A DNA stretch of 64,000 nt, taken from positions 16,693 to 80,692 of IMG/VR virus record IMGVR_UViG_3300048924_000605. One strand, written 5' to 3'. The DNA comes from a virus. The notes below the pieces were generated by a model. The model was not told where the DNA came from, did no database searches, and was given only the letters and a program-made list of their open reading frames with translations. Positions 29,596 through 37,154 of the stretch are shown here, piece after piece; position 1 is the first letter of the stretch, and every line of letters begins with the position of its first letter. The position numbers were made by a program, and so were the translations under genes.

Positions 29596-30102
29596 CTACT
29601 CCGGAAACTGCCCGAGCGCTTGCGCCAACCCGCTGACCGCGAAGCTGATGCCGTGCTGGTACTCGGCGTCGCGCGGCCGGAATACGTACAAGCGCTCGAC
29701 CAGATCCCGCGCCTGCTCGACCCACTGGCGCGGCGTCAGCGCCGGCCGACACTGGAGATAGACGTCCATTTGGCCGGCCGCAGCGGCGAATGCAGCGCTG
29801 ACGGCAGCGTTGCGCCGCTTGGCTCGCCGCCCCCTGAAGCCGCCCCGCACGCGCCGCTCCCACACATGCAGCTCTTCATCTGCGGCACGCACCCGCGCGC
29901 ACAGTTCGACCGCTTCAACGCGCCGCGCCCGGTCCAGGCGCGACCATGGTTTCAGGAACCGCGCCAGCGCCTCGCACGCCTGGGTCGTGCAGACCCCGTA
30001 CTCCCACACCGGCTCCAAATCGGTTGGCGCTTCTTCGACCAACCAACGAATCCGCTTGGGCAGCGTGCCCAGCGTGAACAGTGCGTCCTGTGCGTCTTGC
30101 AT
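29596..30102 (-). CDS. Cassette 3 hypothetical protein
   Basis: GGAGA RBS, ATG 30102; RDAEYQHGI matches RDAGYQKGL of cassette 1. Confidence 0.72.
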   Translation of the reverse strand: MQDAQDALFTLGTLPKRIRWLVEEAPTDLEPVWEYGVCTTQACEALARFLKPWSRLDRARRVEAVELCARVRAADEELHVWERRVRGGFRGRRAKRRNAAVSAAFAAAAGQMDVYLQCRPALTPRQWVEQARDLVERLYVFRPRDAEYQHGISFAVSGLAQALGQFPE

Positions 30103-30137
30103 CTGATTTCTCCGGCCACCGCCTCTTGCGGCACGGC

Positions 30138-30201
30138 ATGAACGCTTCAATTTCGGCGAAATCCAAGCGGTGCCGCCGCGTTCTGGACAGCAGGCGGACA
30201 G
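30138..30201 (-). promoter_or_regulatory. Conserved upstream element 3
   Basis: Motif at 30167-30138; CTGTC at 30201 and 30190; back-to-back with element 4. Confidence 0.85.
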
Positions 30202-30213
30202 CTTCGCCCGCTC

Positions 30214-30296
30214 CTGTCTGTCAGCTGTCCGGACACGCAGAATCGCCGCGCGCCCTAGCGAAAGCGCTTGGCTTCCAGCCGAACCGAAGCGTTCAT
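30214..30296 (+). promoter_or_regulatory. Conserved upstream element 4
   Basis: CTGTC at 30214 and 30225; motif at 30267-30296. Confidence 0.85.
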
Positions 30297-30327
30297 GCGT
30301 CCACCCAACGCGGCCAAGGAGGCCACC

Positions 30328-30714
30328 ATGAACGACACGCTATTCGCCGAAATCGCCCTAGAGCACATCGGGATTACCACACTGGAAAGTCGCAAGCGCG
30401 ACGATCTGGACTTCTACAGCGTCGCAGTCTGGGAGCTTCGCGACGTCATGCGGTCGGCGTATCTGGCCGGATACGCCGCCGCGCTGCGCGCGGCGCAGGG
30501 CGCCGCACCCGCATTGCCCACAGAGCGCCACACCATAACGGGCGAAGCCTGGCTAGGCGCGGGCGAAGCGAGCGACTACGGCGATGTTCCGAACGGCTAC
30601 ACGGTAACCACCCTGCCGATTCCCGAGGTGGACCTGCTGAGCTACCGATGGCAGGAGCGGCGCGCTTGCGAGGTGTTGATCCCGATGGCCATCCGGCACC
30701 GCCGCATCGACTAA
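30328..30714 (+). CDS. Cassette 4 DUF6900-like protein
   Basis: AGGAGG RBS; ITTLESRKRDDLDFYSVAVWEL...AYLAG. Confidence 0.8.
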   Translation: MNDTLFAEIALEHIGITTLESRKRDDLDFYSVAVWELRDVMRSAYLAGYAAALRAAQGAAPALPTERHTITGEAWLGAGEASDYGDVPNGYTVTTLPIPEVDLLSYRWQERRACEVLIPMAIRHRRID

Positions 30715-30729
30715 GGCACATCGCCACCG

Positions 30730-30756
30730 AAGCCCCCGCCCGAGCGGGGGCTTTTC
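30730..30756 (+). terminator. Terminator of cassette 4
   Basis: AAGCCCCCGC/GCGGGGGCTT stem plus T-run. Confidence 0.8.
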
Positions 30757-30773
30757 TGTTCCGAACTCCGAAG

Positions 30774-30856
30774 CTGTCCGACACCTGTCCGTGAACGAGA
30801 ACGATCGTTCTTCTTCCCAGAAACCGCTTGGCTTCATCCGAGAAGGAAGCGTTCAT
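30774..30856 (+). promoter_or_regulatory. Conserved upstream element 5
   Basis: CTGTC at 30774 and 30785; motif at 30827-30856. Confidence 0.85.
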
Positions 30857-30891
30857 GCGTCCACACCAACGCGGCCACGGAGGCCACCACG

Positions 30892-31116
30892 ATGAACGCC
30901 AAAGACCTGCTCAACGACTACCTGCGCGGCATGGCGCAGCACGAGCGCGGCATCTTCACGCTGCTTAGCGAGGAAGAGATCACCGCCCTAGCACAAGCCG
31001 AATTGAAGCGGCGCGCGGCCGTCACGCTGCAGCGCTTCGACTCCGAGATCATCGCCGGCTTGACGACCGGCGACATCTCGCTCCACAGGGCCATCGCCGA
31101 TGTCTGCACCGCCTGA
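30892..31116 (+). CDS. Cassette 5, gene a (hypothetical)
   Basis: GGAGG RBS downstream of element 5. Confidence 0.72.
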   Translation: MNAKDLLNDYLRGMAQHERGIFTLLSEEEITALAQAELKRRAAVTLQRFDSEIIAGLTTGDISLHRAIADVCTA

Positions 31117-31291
31117 CGCCGAACTCTGGTTCCTCAAGGCGCTGCACACGTCGGTATTGCTTGCCGCCGCCAACGGAACCCTCGACCTCAACCAACTCGC
31201 CCGCGATGAGCTGATCCGTCGCGGGCTGGACCCCGAAGGCGAGTGGGTTGGCCCCAGCCGCGCGCGGGAACTGCACCACCCCAACCACTAA
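31100..31291 (+). CDS. Cassette 5, gene b (small phage protein)
   Basis: AAANGTLDLNQLARDELIRRGLD..GEWVG pattern. Confidence 0.75.
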   Translation: MSAPPDAELWFLKALHTSVLLAAANGTLDLNQLARDELIRRGLDPEGEWVGPSRARELHHPNH

Positions 31292-31305
31292 CTAGGAGAA
31301 CAACC

Positions 31306-31887
31306 ATGAGCAACATCGAACTCACCACCAACCAGCGCGCCGTTTTGGAACTGGCCGTGGCCACCGAAGGCCGCATCGAAGCCTACCCCGCCGGCCTGCT
31401 GGGCGGCGCGCGCACCAGCGTCGTGCGCGGCCTGCTGCGCAATGAACTGGTCGAGCCGCACGACGCCGGCTACCGCCTGACGGCGGACGGCTACGCGGCC
31501 ATCGGGGTCGAGGCGCCGCCCAGCAACACCGGCGCCGGCGGCAGCGACAGCAAGGCGCCGAACACCGCCGCCCCCGGGAACGAGACCGCGACCACCGCGC
31601 TGGTCGCGCCGAGCAAGCCCAATCGCGCCGCGCGCGGCGACACCAAGCTGGCCACGGTGGTCAGCCTGCTGATGCGCCCCGAGGGCGCCACCATCGCGCA
31701 GATCATGGCCGCGACCGAATGGCAGCAGCACTCGGTGCGCGGGTTCCTGGCCGGCGCGGTCAAGAAAAAGGGCTACACGACCACGAACAGCAAGGAAGGC
31801 GACGGAGAGCGCGTGTACCGCATCGCGACCGATAACGCGAAAGCCGATGCCGCAAGCGCGAATCCGCAGGCCGATGAGGAGGAGTGA
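31306..31887 (+). CDS. Cassette 5, gene c: DUF3489 (winged-HTH-like) protein
   Basis: AGGAG RBS; TKLATVVSLLMRPEGATIAQIMAATEWQQHSVRGFLAG..KKKG...RVYRI. Confidence 0.88.
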   Translation: MSNIELTTNQRAVLELAVATEGRIEAYPAGLLGGARTSVVRGLLRNELVEPHDAGYRLTADGYAAIGVEAPPSNTGAGGSDSKAPNTAAPGNETATTALVAPSKPNRAARGDTKLATVVSLLMRPEGATIAQIMAATEWQQHSVRGFLAGAVKKKGYTTTNSKEGDGERVYRIATDNAKADAASANPQADEEE

Positions 31888-31895
31888 ATCCTAAT

Positions 31896-31921
31896 GCGAG
31901 CCGGGCACCTGCCCGGCTCGC
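31896..31921 (+). terminator. Hairpin after DUF3489 gene
   Basis: GCGAGCCGGGCA/TGCCCGGCTCGC stem, weak T tail. Confidence 0.5.
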
Positions 31922-32003
31922 TGTCTCAGACCTGTCCAACGCAATCTGCAGGGCGAATTACACGGAAACATCGCTTGATGTTCCGCCGCGATGAAGCGTT
32001 CAT
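31921..32003 (+). promoter_or_regulatory. Conserved upstream element 6
   Basis: CTGTC at 31921 and 31932; motif at 31974-32003. Confidence 0.85.
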
Positions 32004-32028
32004 GGCCTCCCAACCACGGAGAACAACC

Positions 32029-32310
32029 ATGCACGACGCAGCATTAGCCAACGACGCCCACGACCTAACGGCGCTACCGGAGCGCCTGATTCAACTGGTC
32101 GAAGACACCTTGTCCAACGACGAAATCAGCACCGACGCCGAGCTTGTGCAGTACCTGGCCCACAACGGCCTTTCCCGCGAGAACGCCCTGCATGCCCTGC
32201 GCTATCGGGAGATTTACCTCTCGAATCTCTGGGTCGCAGGATGCACGCCGATTCGCGGCGGCCTGCGCATCCGCCTCAACGTAGCGACGGGCCGCTACGA
32301 ACTCGCATGA
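32029..32310 (+). CDS. Cassette 6 hypothetical protein
   Basis: GGAGA RBS, ATG 32029; LSNDEISTDAELVQYL. Confidence 0.75.
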   Translation: MHDAALANDAHDLTALPERLIQLVEDTLSNDEISTDAELVQYLAHNGLSRENALHALRYREIYLSNLWVAGCTPIRGGLRIRLNVATGRYELA

Positions 32311-32344
32311 TCAGGATGTCGCCGCGCGCTGCGCGGCGGTATTC

Positions 32345-32417
32345 CTGTCCGACCGCTTAGCGGACTTGGACAGCGGGTGTATGGCGTCTTGGCTTCCAGG
32401 CGAAAAGAAGCGTTCAT
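32345..32417 (+). promoter_or_regulatory. Conserved upstream element 7
   Basis: Single CTGTCC at 32345 (with inverted GGACAG); motif at 32388-32417. Confidence 0.8.
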
Positions 32418-32439
32418 GACCTCCCCAACGGAGACCACC

Positions 32440-32763
32440 ATGACGAGTCGAATTCTTCCGCCGTTCCAACTGCAAGTGCGCTTCAGCCGCAATCCTCGCA
32501 ACGCCCGAGCGATGATGCGCGAGTTGACCGGCTATCACGTCGACCCCGAACTTGCCTGGGTCATCGAACAGAAGACGATGACGCAGTCCGAGTACCGCGC
32601 CTTTGAACGAGATTTTACCCAGCCGCAACATTGGATCATGCCGCTCAACAGCCGGCCGACACACTGCATCAGGGTCGTCGCACCCAGAATGCCGACGCTC
32701 TACGTCCGAGCCGAAGGTGCGAACTACGCCCGTCTCGTTGGGCTGGCTGTCGAGGAGAGCTAA
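32440..32763 (+). CDS. Cassette 7 small phage protein
   Basis: GGAGA RBS; FSRNP...CIRVVAP.MPTLYVRAEGANYARLVG. Confidence 0.75.
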   Translation: MTSRILPPFQLQVRFSRNPRNARAMMRELTGYHVDPELAWVIEQKTMTQSEYRAFERDFTQPQHWIMPLNSRPTHCIRVVAPRMPTLYVRAEGANYARLVGLAVEES

Positions 32764-32794
32764 GTGCTGCCCCGGCGCGGCGCGCGGCGCCGCG

Positions 32795-33937
32795 TCAGGG
32801 TCGCAACGCCCTCAGAATTTCGGCGGCGACTTGCGGGACGATCGCATTGCCGGCGGCGCGCAATCGAGGTACTCGGGCGGGTAGCCCATGAGCCAGAAGA
32901 CGAATTCCGGGGTCAGGGATCCGGCGGCCGGCGAGGGTTCGACCTGTCGTCCAAGCATCCCATTCACCGGTGCGCTGCCAAAGCTCGTCGCGTCCTTGTG
33001 ATCTCGGGTCGTCGGCGTCGCCCACAGCGCCGGTGGCGCCAGCCCCAGCGGGTCGCCGTACAACGCCGTGTCGATGGCCTGCGCCATCGGGTGTTGCGTC
33101 AGCGCCACCGTGTGCTCCTGCTCCGAACTCTGGTACGCCTGGGCCGGCAGCGGCGCCGTTGCTCCGCTGCCGAAGGACTGCCTGGGGCTGCCCTTCTCCC
33201 CGTCGCTCGCGCGCGGTGTACTCCAGACCGCCTTCACCACCCCCGGCAGACCATTGCGTCGCTCGGCCGCAAAGTCGCCCCGCTTCTCCGGATCGTTCGC
33301 CGTCGCGGTCGGCCAGACCGCCTTCGCCGCCACCTGAAGGCTGGTGATCGCTTTTCGGCGGCCGCCCGGCATCCGGCGCTTCATCGCCAGGTGCGCTGCC
33401 GGGGACTTGTTGTCGTCGTTCGCCACCGCGGTCGGCCAGACGCTGCCCGACGATCCAGACCCGATCTCGCCGGTGCGGGGCATTGACGGCGCAAGCTGGA
33501 ACAACAATCGCCCGGCTGGCGTAGCCTTCGCCCTCCAGGTCAGCAAGAACTCCGTCGAGCCCCAGCGCGATGAGCCCAGCAACGTTTTCGCCCAGGAATA
33601 GAGCGGGTCGCGCTTGTGCAATAAGGCGATGCAGTTCTGGCCAGAGGTGGCGGTCGTCGGCTTGCGCGCGCTGGTTGCCGGCGACGCTGAACGGCTGGCA
33701 GGGGAAGCCACCGGTCCAGAGCGGCGCGTCATCCGGCCAGGCCGCGAGTCGGGCGGCGTAGGCGAACCCGCCGATACCGGCAAAGAAGTGGCATTGGGCG
33801 TAGCCGCGGAGATCGTCTGCTGAGACAGATCGGATATCGCGGTCATCGACATCGCCGGTCGGGATAATGCCCGCCGCCATCAAGTTCTTCAGCCACTGGC
33901 ACAGATACAGGTCGTTCTCGTTGTAATAGACCGACAC
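32795..33937 (-). CDS. C5 cytosine DNA methyltransferase, alpha-like chain lacking motif IX
   Basis: GTG 33937; FFAGIGG (I), GFPCQPFS (IV), ENV (VI), HRRDRVW (VIII), GNAIVP (X). Confidence 0.9.
   Translation of the reverse strand: MSVYYNENDLYLCQWLKNLMAAGIIPTGDVDDRDIRSVSADDLRGYAQCHFFAGIGGFAYAARLAAWPDDAPLWTGGFPCQPFSVAGNQRAQADDRHLWPELHRLIAQARPALFLGENVAGLIALGLDGVLADLEGEGYASRAIVVPACAVNAPHRRDRVWIVGQRLADRGGERRQQVPGSAPGDEAPDAGRPPKSDHQPSGGGEGGLADRDGERSGEAGRLCGRATQWSAGGGEGGLEYTARERRGEGQPQAVLRQRSNGAAAGPGVPEFGAGAHGGADATPDGAGHRHGVVRRPAGAGATGAVGDADDPRSQGRDELWQRTGEWDAWTTGRTLAGRRIPDPGIRLLAHGLPARVPRLRAAGNAIVPQVAAEILRALRP
32812..33483 (-). CDS. Nested alternative-frame methyltransferase beta-like chain (start uncertain; frame open from 33852)
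   Basis: Four W(P/S/A)T repeats then LTPEFVFWLMGYP, resembling motif IX. Confidence 0.7.
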   Translation of the reverse strand: MPRTGEIGSGSSGSVWPTAVANDDNKSPAAHLAMKRRMPGGRRKAITSLQVAAKAVWPTATANDPEKRGDFAAERRNGLPGVVKAVWSTPRASDGEKGSPRQSFGSGATAPLPAQAYQSSEQEHTVALTQHPMAQAIDTALYGDPLGLAPPALWATPTTRDHKDATSFGSAPVNGMLGRQVEPSPAAGSLTPEFVFWLMGYPPEYLDCAPPAMRSSRKSPPKF

Positions 33938-35178
33938 TAGGCAACGTCCTCGACCTCCGCACCCGCCGCGATGAACGCGACGCCGTCCGAAGCGCGAATC
34001 GCCTGCAGACCGGTGTAGTCCTGCCAACGGCGAACGATCACGTCGACGTATTTGGGATCCAGTTCGATCAGCCGCGCGCGGCGGCTGGTTTTCTCGCAGG
34101 CGATCATGGTCGTACCCGACCCACCGAACGGGTCCAGCACCAGATCGCGGGTCTTGCTGCTGTTGCGGATGGCGCGCTCGACCAGTGCCACCGGCTTCAT
34201 CGTCGGATGCAGCTCGTTGCGCGCGGCTCGGTCGATGAACCAGACGTCGCCCTGGTCGCGCGCGCCGCACCAGAATCGGTCGTTACCGTCGCGCCAACCG
34301 TAGAGGATTGGCTCGTACTGCCGCTGATAGTCGGCGTGGCCCAGCGTGAACTTGTTCTTCGCCCAAATGATGAAGGTCGACCAGCGACCGCCCGCAGCGC
34401 GGAACGCGGTCTGCAACCGGTCGAGCTCGGACGACGACATGGCAATGTAGATCGCGCCCTTCGTCACCCGCAGCATCTCGGTGCAGGTCGCTTGCAAGAA
34501 GGTGCCGAAGTCGTCGCCCAGGTTGTCGTTGAGGATCGGGCGGTGTTTACCGCGTAGCTTGTCCTTCGGGTTGTTGGCGTAGTCGACGTTATAGGGCGGA
34601 TCGGTGAACGTCATGTCGATCAACTCGTCCCCGAGCAGCGCGGCGTAGTCCTCGGCGCACGTGGCGTCGCCGCACAACACTCGATGCTCTCCGCAGGTCC
34701 AGACATCGCCTGGGCGCGAGATCGGATGTTCTTCCGGCTCGGGTGCCGCGTCCTCCTCCGTCTGACCTTCGCCCGATACCGCAGCCAGCATGTCCTCGAT
34801 CTCGTCGTCATCGAAGCCGGTCAACGCCAGATCGAATTCGAGCGCGTCCAGGTCGGCCAGCTCCAGTTGCAGCAATTCCTCGTCCCAGTTCGCCCAGGTG
34901 GCGGAACGGTTCGCCAGCAGCCGGAAGGCTTTGACCTGGGCCTCGGTCAGTTCGTCCGCCAGGACGACCGGCACCGACTCCAAGCCCAGCTTGCGCGCAG
35001 CCTTGAGGCGGAGATGGCCGTCGACCAGTTCGCCGTTGCTACGCACCACGCACGGAATGCGAAATCCGAACTCGCGGATCACCGCGGCCATCTGGTCTAC
35101 GGCGTGGTCGTTCTCGCGCGGATTGCGCGCATAAGCGATCAGCCGGTCGACCGGCCAGTGCTCCAGTTGCAGGTTCAT
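33937..35178 (-). CDS. ParB-N domain N4/N6 DNA methyltransferase
   Basis: YARNPR..VDGHLRLKAA; TDPPYN, HPTMKP, DPFGGSGTT, ELDPKY. Confidence 0.93.
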   Translation of the reverse strand: MNLQLEHWPVDRLIAYARNPRENDHAVDQMAAVIREFGFRIPCVVRSNGELVDGHLRLKAARKLGLESVPVVLADELTEAQVKAFRLLANRSATWANWDEELLQLELADLDALEFDLALTGFDDDEIEDMLAAVSGEGQTEEDAAPEPEEHPISRPGDVWTCGEHRVLCGDATCAEDYAALLGDELIDMTFTDPPYNVDYANNPKDKLRGKHRPILNDNLGDDFGTFLQATCTEMLRVTKGAIYIAMSSSELDRLQTAFRAAGGRWSTFIIWAKNKFTLGHADYQRQYEPILYGWRDGNDRFWCGARDQGDVWFIDRAARNELHPTMKPVALVERAIRNSSKTRDLVLDPFGGSGTTMIACEKTSRRARLIELDPKYVDVIVRRWQDYTGLQAIRASDGVAFIAAGAEVEDVA

Positions 35179-35771
35179 TTCGCTCGCAGTGGGCGGCGCG
35201 CGCGGCCGAGCGCACCGGGCACATGCGGCCAAGTGTCGCCGACCACGGCGGAGTAGATGGTCATCATGGGCAGCCGGTAGGTCTGCGCCAGTTCGTTGTA
35301 GCGGCGACCCGCGCGCCGGTGATCGCGCAACTCGGTCACCAGGGATTCGGTGAGGTTGGCCGACGGATGTCGCTCGCCGCGGTTGTCCGGCGACGTACCG
35401 TGCAGTACCCGGTCGGCGCAATTCTCCTTCGGCGTGGCCCAGCGCAGGTTCGCGACCCAGTTGTGGCTGCGAACCCCATCGTTGTGGGCGACTTGGTGCC
35501 GCGGCGTCGGCGGCGGCCCCAGGAAAGTCAACGCCACTAGGCGATGAACATTGAAGTAGCCGTACCGGCCGTCCCGACTCAGCGCAACCTGCAGATAGCC
35601 ACCGGTGTCCGGTTTCGGCTTGAGCAGCTTCCCGGCCGGATGCTGTCGGTATGCGATCGACCGCCGGATCTTGCCGCGGTCGGAAACCTCGTAGCTCGGA
35701 TAGTCCGAGATCTGCCGCCAGCGCTCCGCGCCACCGTCGATTAGCGATGGTGGACGCGCGTTGGGAATCAT
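35175..35771 (-). CDS. NUMOD4-HNH homing endonuclease
   Basis: WRQI..Y..YEVSDRGKIR, VHRLVA..F, HNDGVRSHN..NLRWAT. Confidence 0.9.
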   Translation of the reverse strand: MIPNARPPSLIDGGAERWRQISDYPSYEVSDRGKIRRSIAYRQHPAGKLLKPKPDTGGYLQVALSRDGRYGYFNVHRLVALTFLGPPPTPRHQVAHNDGVRSHNWVANLRWATPKENCADRVLHGTSPDNRGERHPSANLTESLVTELRDHRRAGRRYNELAQTYRLPMMTIYSAVVGDTWPHVPGALGRARRPLRAK

Positions 35772-35866
35772 GATCTGCGCCGTGCTAGGCGCCTCGGAGT
35801 TGACTTATCGGGACGGCGCGAACGCGATCCGCAAACCTCATGAAAGGGTTGACGCTAGCGCGATTT

Positions 35867-35909
35867 TGCGGCTTGGCCCCCCGCATGCCCTGATGGCGAG
35901 GAAGGACCC
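35867..35909 (-). other. Putative cos site (cosQ- and cosN-like)
   Basis: Minus strand: GGGTCCT (lambda cosQ sequence) then dyad TGCG-GGGGGCCAAGC-CGCA at lambda-like spacing; GpA terminase present. Confidence 0.65.
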
Positions 35910-36154
35910 GGTCAATTCTTAGCCACCCCTCGCCGCCCGCCGCGCGTCCGCGTCGCGGCCAAGGGCGATAGGGGCTCACCGGCGCCTTCGACGCGCCGCG
36001 CCGTGTGCGCCTATGTGCGCGCCACGTCAGGTCGGCGTGATGCGACGCCACTCCCGGCCGTGCCGCCTATCGCGATCTGACGACGCTGGGGTATTACCCC
36101 CTAGTCAAATTGCCTACGACGCGCTTTGATGCTCGCGAGGCGAGGAGAAGCGCT

Positions 36155-36403
36155 ATGCTCCGATACCAGATCGTCCTCCGTCGCCGGCTCGGCTCGCTGC
36201 TGGATCTGCTTCCGCTGCGCGTCGTAGCCTTGGCCTACGTCCAGTCCCTCGAAGGGCTGCGTGATGTCCGGCTCGAATACGCCTCGGGCAAACAGGCCGT
36301 GCTGAGCTTCGCTTGGCCGGGCGAAGGGACACCAGTCATACCGGAGGTGTATCTTGATCGGTACGGACTGGAGCGCACAGAGCTTGCCGAGACCGTGACC
36401 TAG
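36155..36403 (+). CDS. Hypothetical protein, tandem paralog 1
   Basis: AGGAG RBS; C-term VLSFAWPGEGTP..P..YLDRYGLE. Confidence 0.72.
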   Translation: MLRYQIVLRRRLGSLLDLLPLRVVALAYVQSLEGLRDVRLEYASGKQAVLSFAWPGEGTPVIPEVYLDRYGLERTELAETVT

Positions 36404-36445
36404 TTCGCTCAGCTTCCACGTGAGTCCCTATGGGGAGGGGCCATC

Positions 36446-36718
36446 ATGCAGGCGTCGATCAGAATCCGCAGAGCGTGGAATGTCCAGCTCGTGGCCTTGC
36501 CGATCGAGGAGCTAGCCGTCATTGCCCTTCAGGCGGTGCCGGGTATCCGATCGCCTGTGGTCGAACGTGAGGATATGCATGGCTTGGTGCTTACATTCGA
36601 GTGGGATGGCCAAGGGACGCCAGACGTTCCAGCCGACTACTTGCACCGCTTCGGCCTGGAAATCGCACCCGAATTGGGCACGCCTTCCGACCAGGAAAAA
36701 GGCGGCGGTCCAATTTGA
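36446..36718 (+). CDS. Hypothetical protein, tandem paralog 2
   Basis: GGAGG RBS; VLTFEWDGQGTP..P..YLHRFGLE. Confidence 0.72.
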   Translation: MQASIRIRRAWNVQLVALPIEELAVIALQAVPGIRSPVVEREDMHGLVLTFEWDGQGTPDVPADYLHRFGLEIAPELGTPSDQEKGGGPI

Positions 36719-37154
36719 ACCGCCGCCCATCCCGCTGCGCCTACACCACCACGTGTCGGACATACCTGCGTCAGCATGGGATCTAGGCTAGGGCAAATCC
36801 GGGGCTTTTGGGACACCCCATAACGACCGCGATCATGATCCTGGATAACCGTGGATATCGGAGGATCCATTCAGTGCAATCGCCGACCCTCACAGCGCTT
36901 CAGCGACTCCGAACCGGCTAAGGAGGCTCATGCGGTCCTGGAGGTTTGCCTTCGAATAGGCACTATGGCATCACGTAGCGGATGCCGGGGGAGTCGGCTT
37001 TGCTTACCGTCGGCCAATAATCTGCGCAAGATGTCGTGGATTTTGACTAGAACATAGGACTTGAGACGGCAACACGCCGCGGAAGGCGCTAGAGTGCGCG
37101 CTTCGTAGCCGGTGCTCCGGGTAGTGCCGGCCCTCAATCTGTTCAGGAACTGTC

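Noticed and set aside
30214-30229. Firm assignment of the CTGTC repeats as pho boxes
   Set aside because: The CAT of CTGTCAT and the AT-rich spacer are absent, and the position differs from typical pho boxes; kept only as a hypothesis
29076-32417. Repeated element as a CRISPR array or integron attC set
   Set aside because: Spacing is gene-sized, orientation follows the ORFs, the position is promoter-like, and there are no attC R boxes or tyrosine integrase
36720-37154. Riboswitch or ncRNA upstream of kup
   Set aside because: No recognisable aptamer consensus; would need an Rfam/Infernal search
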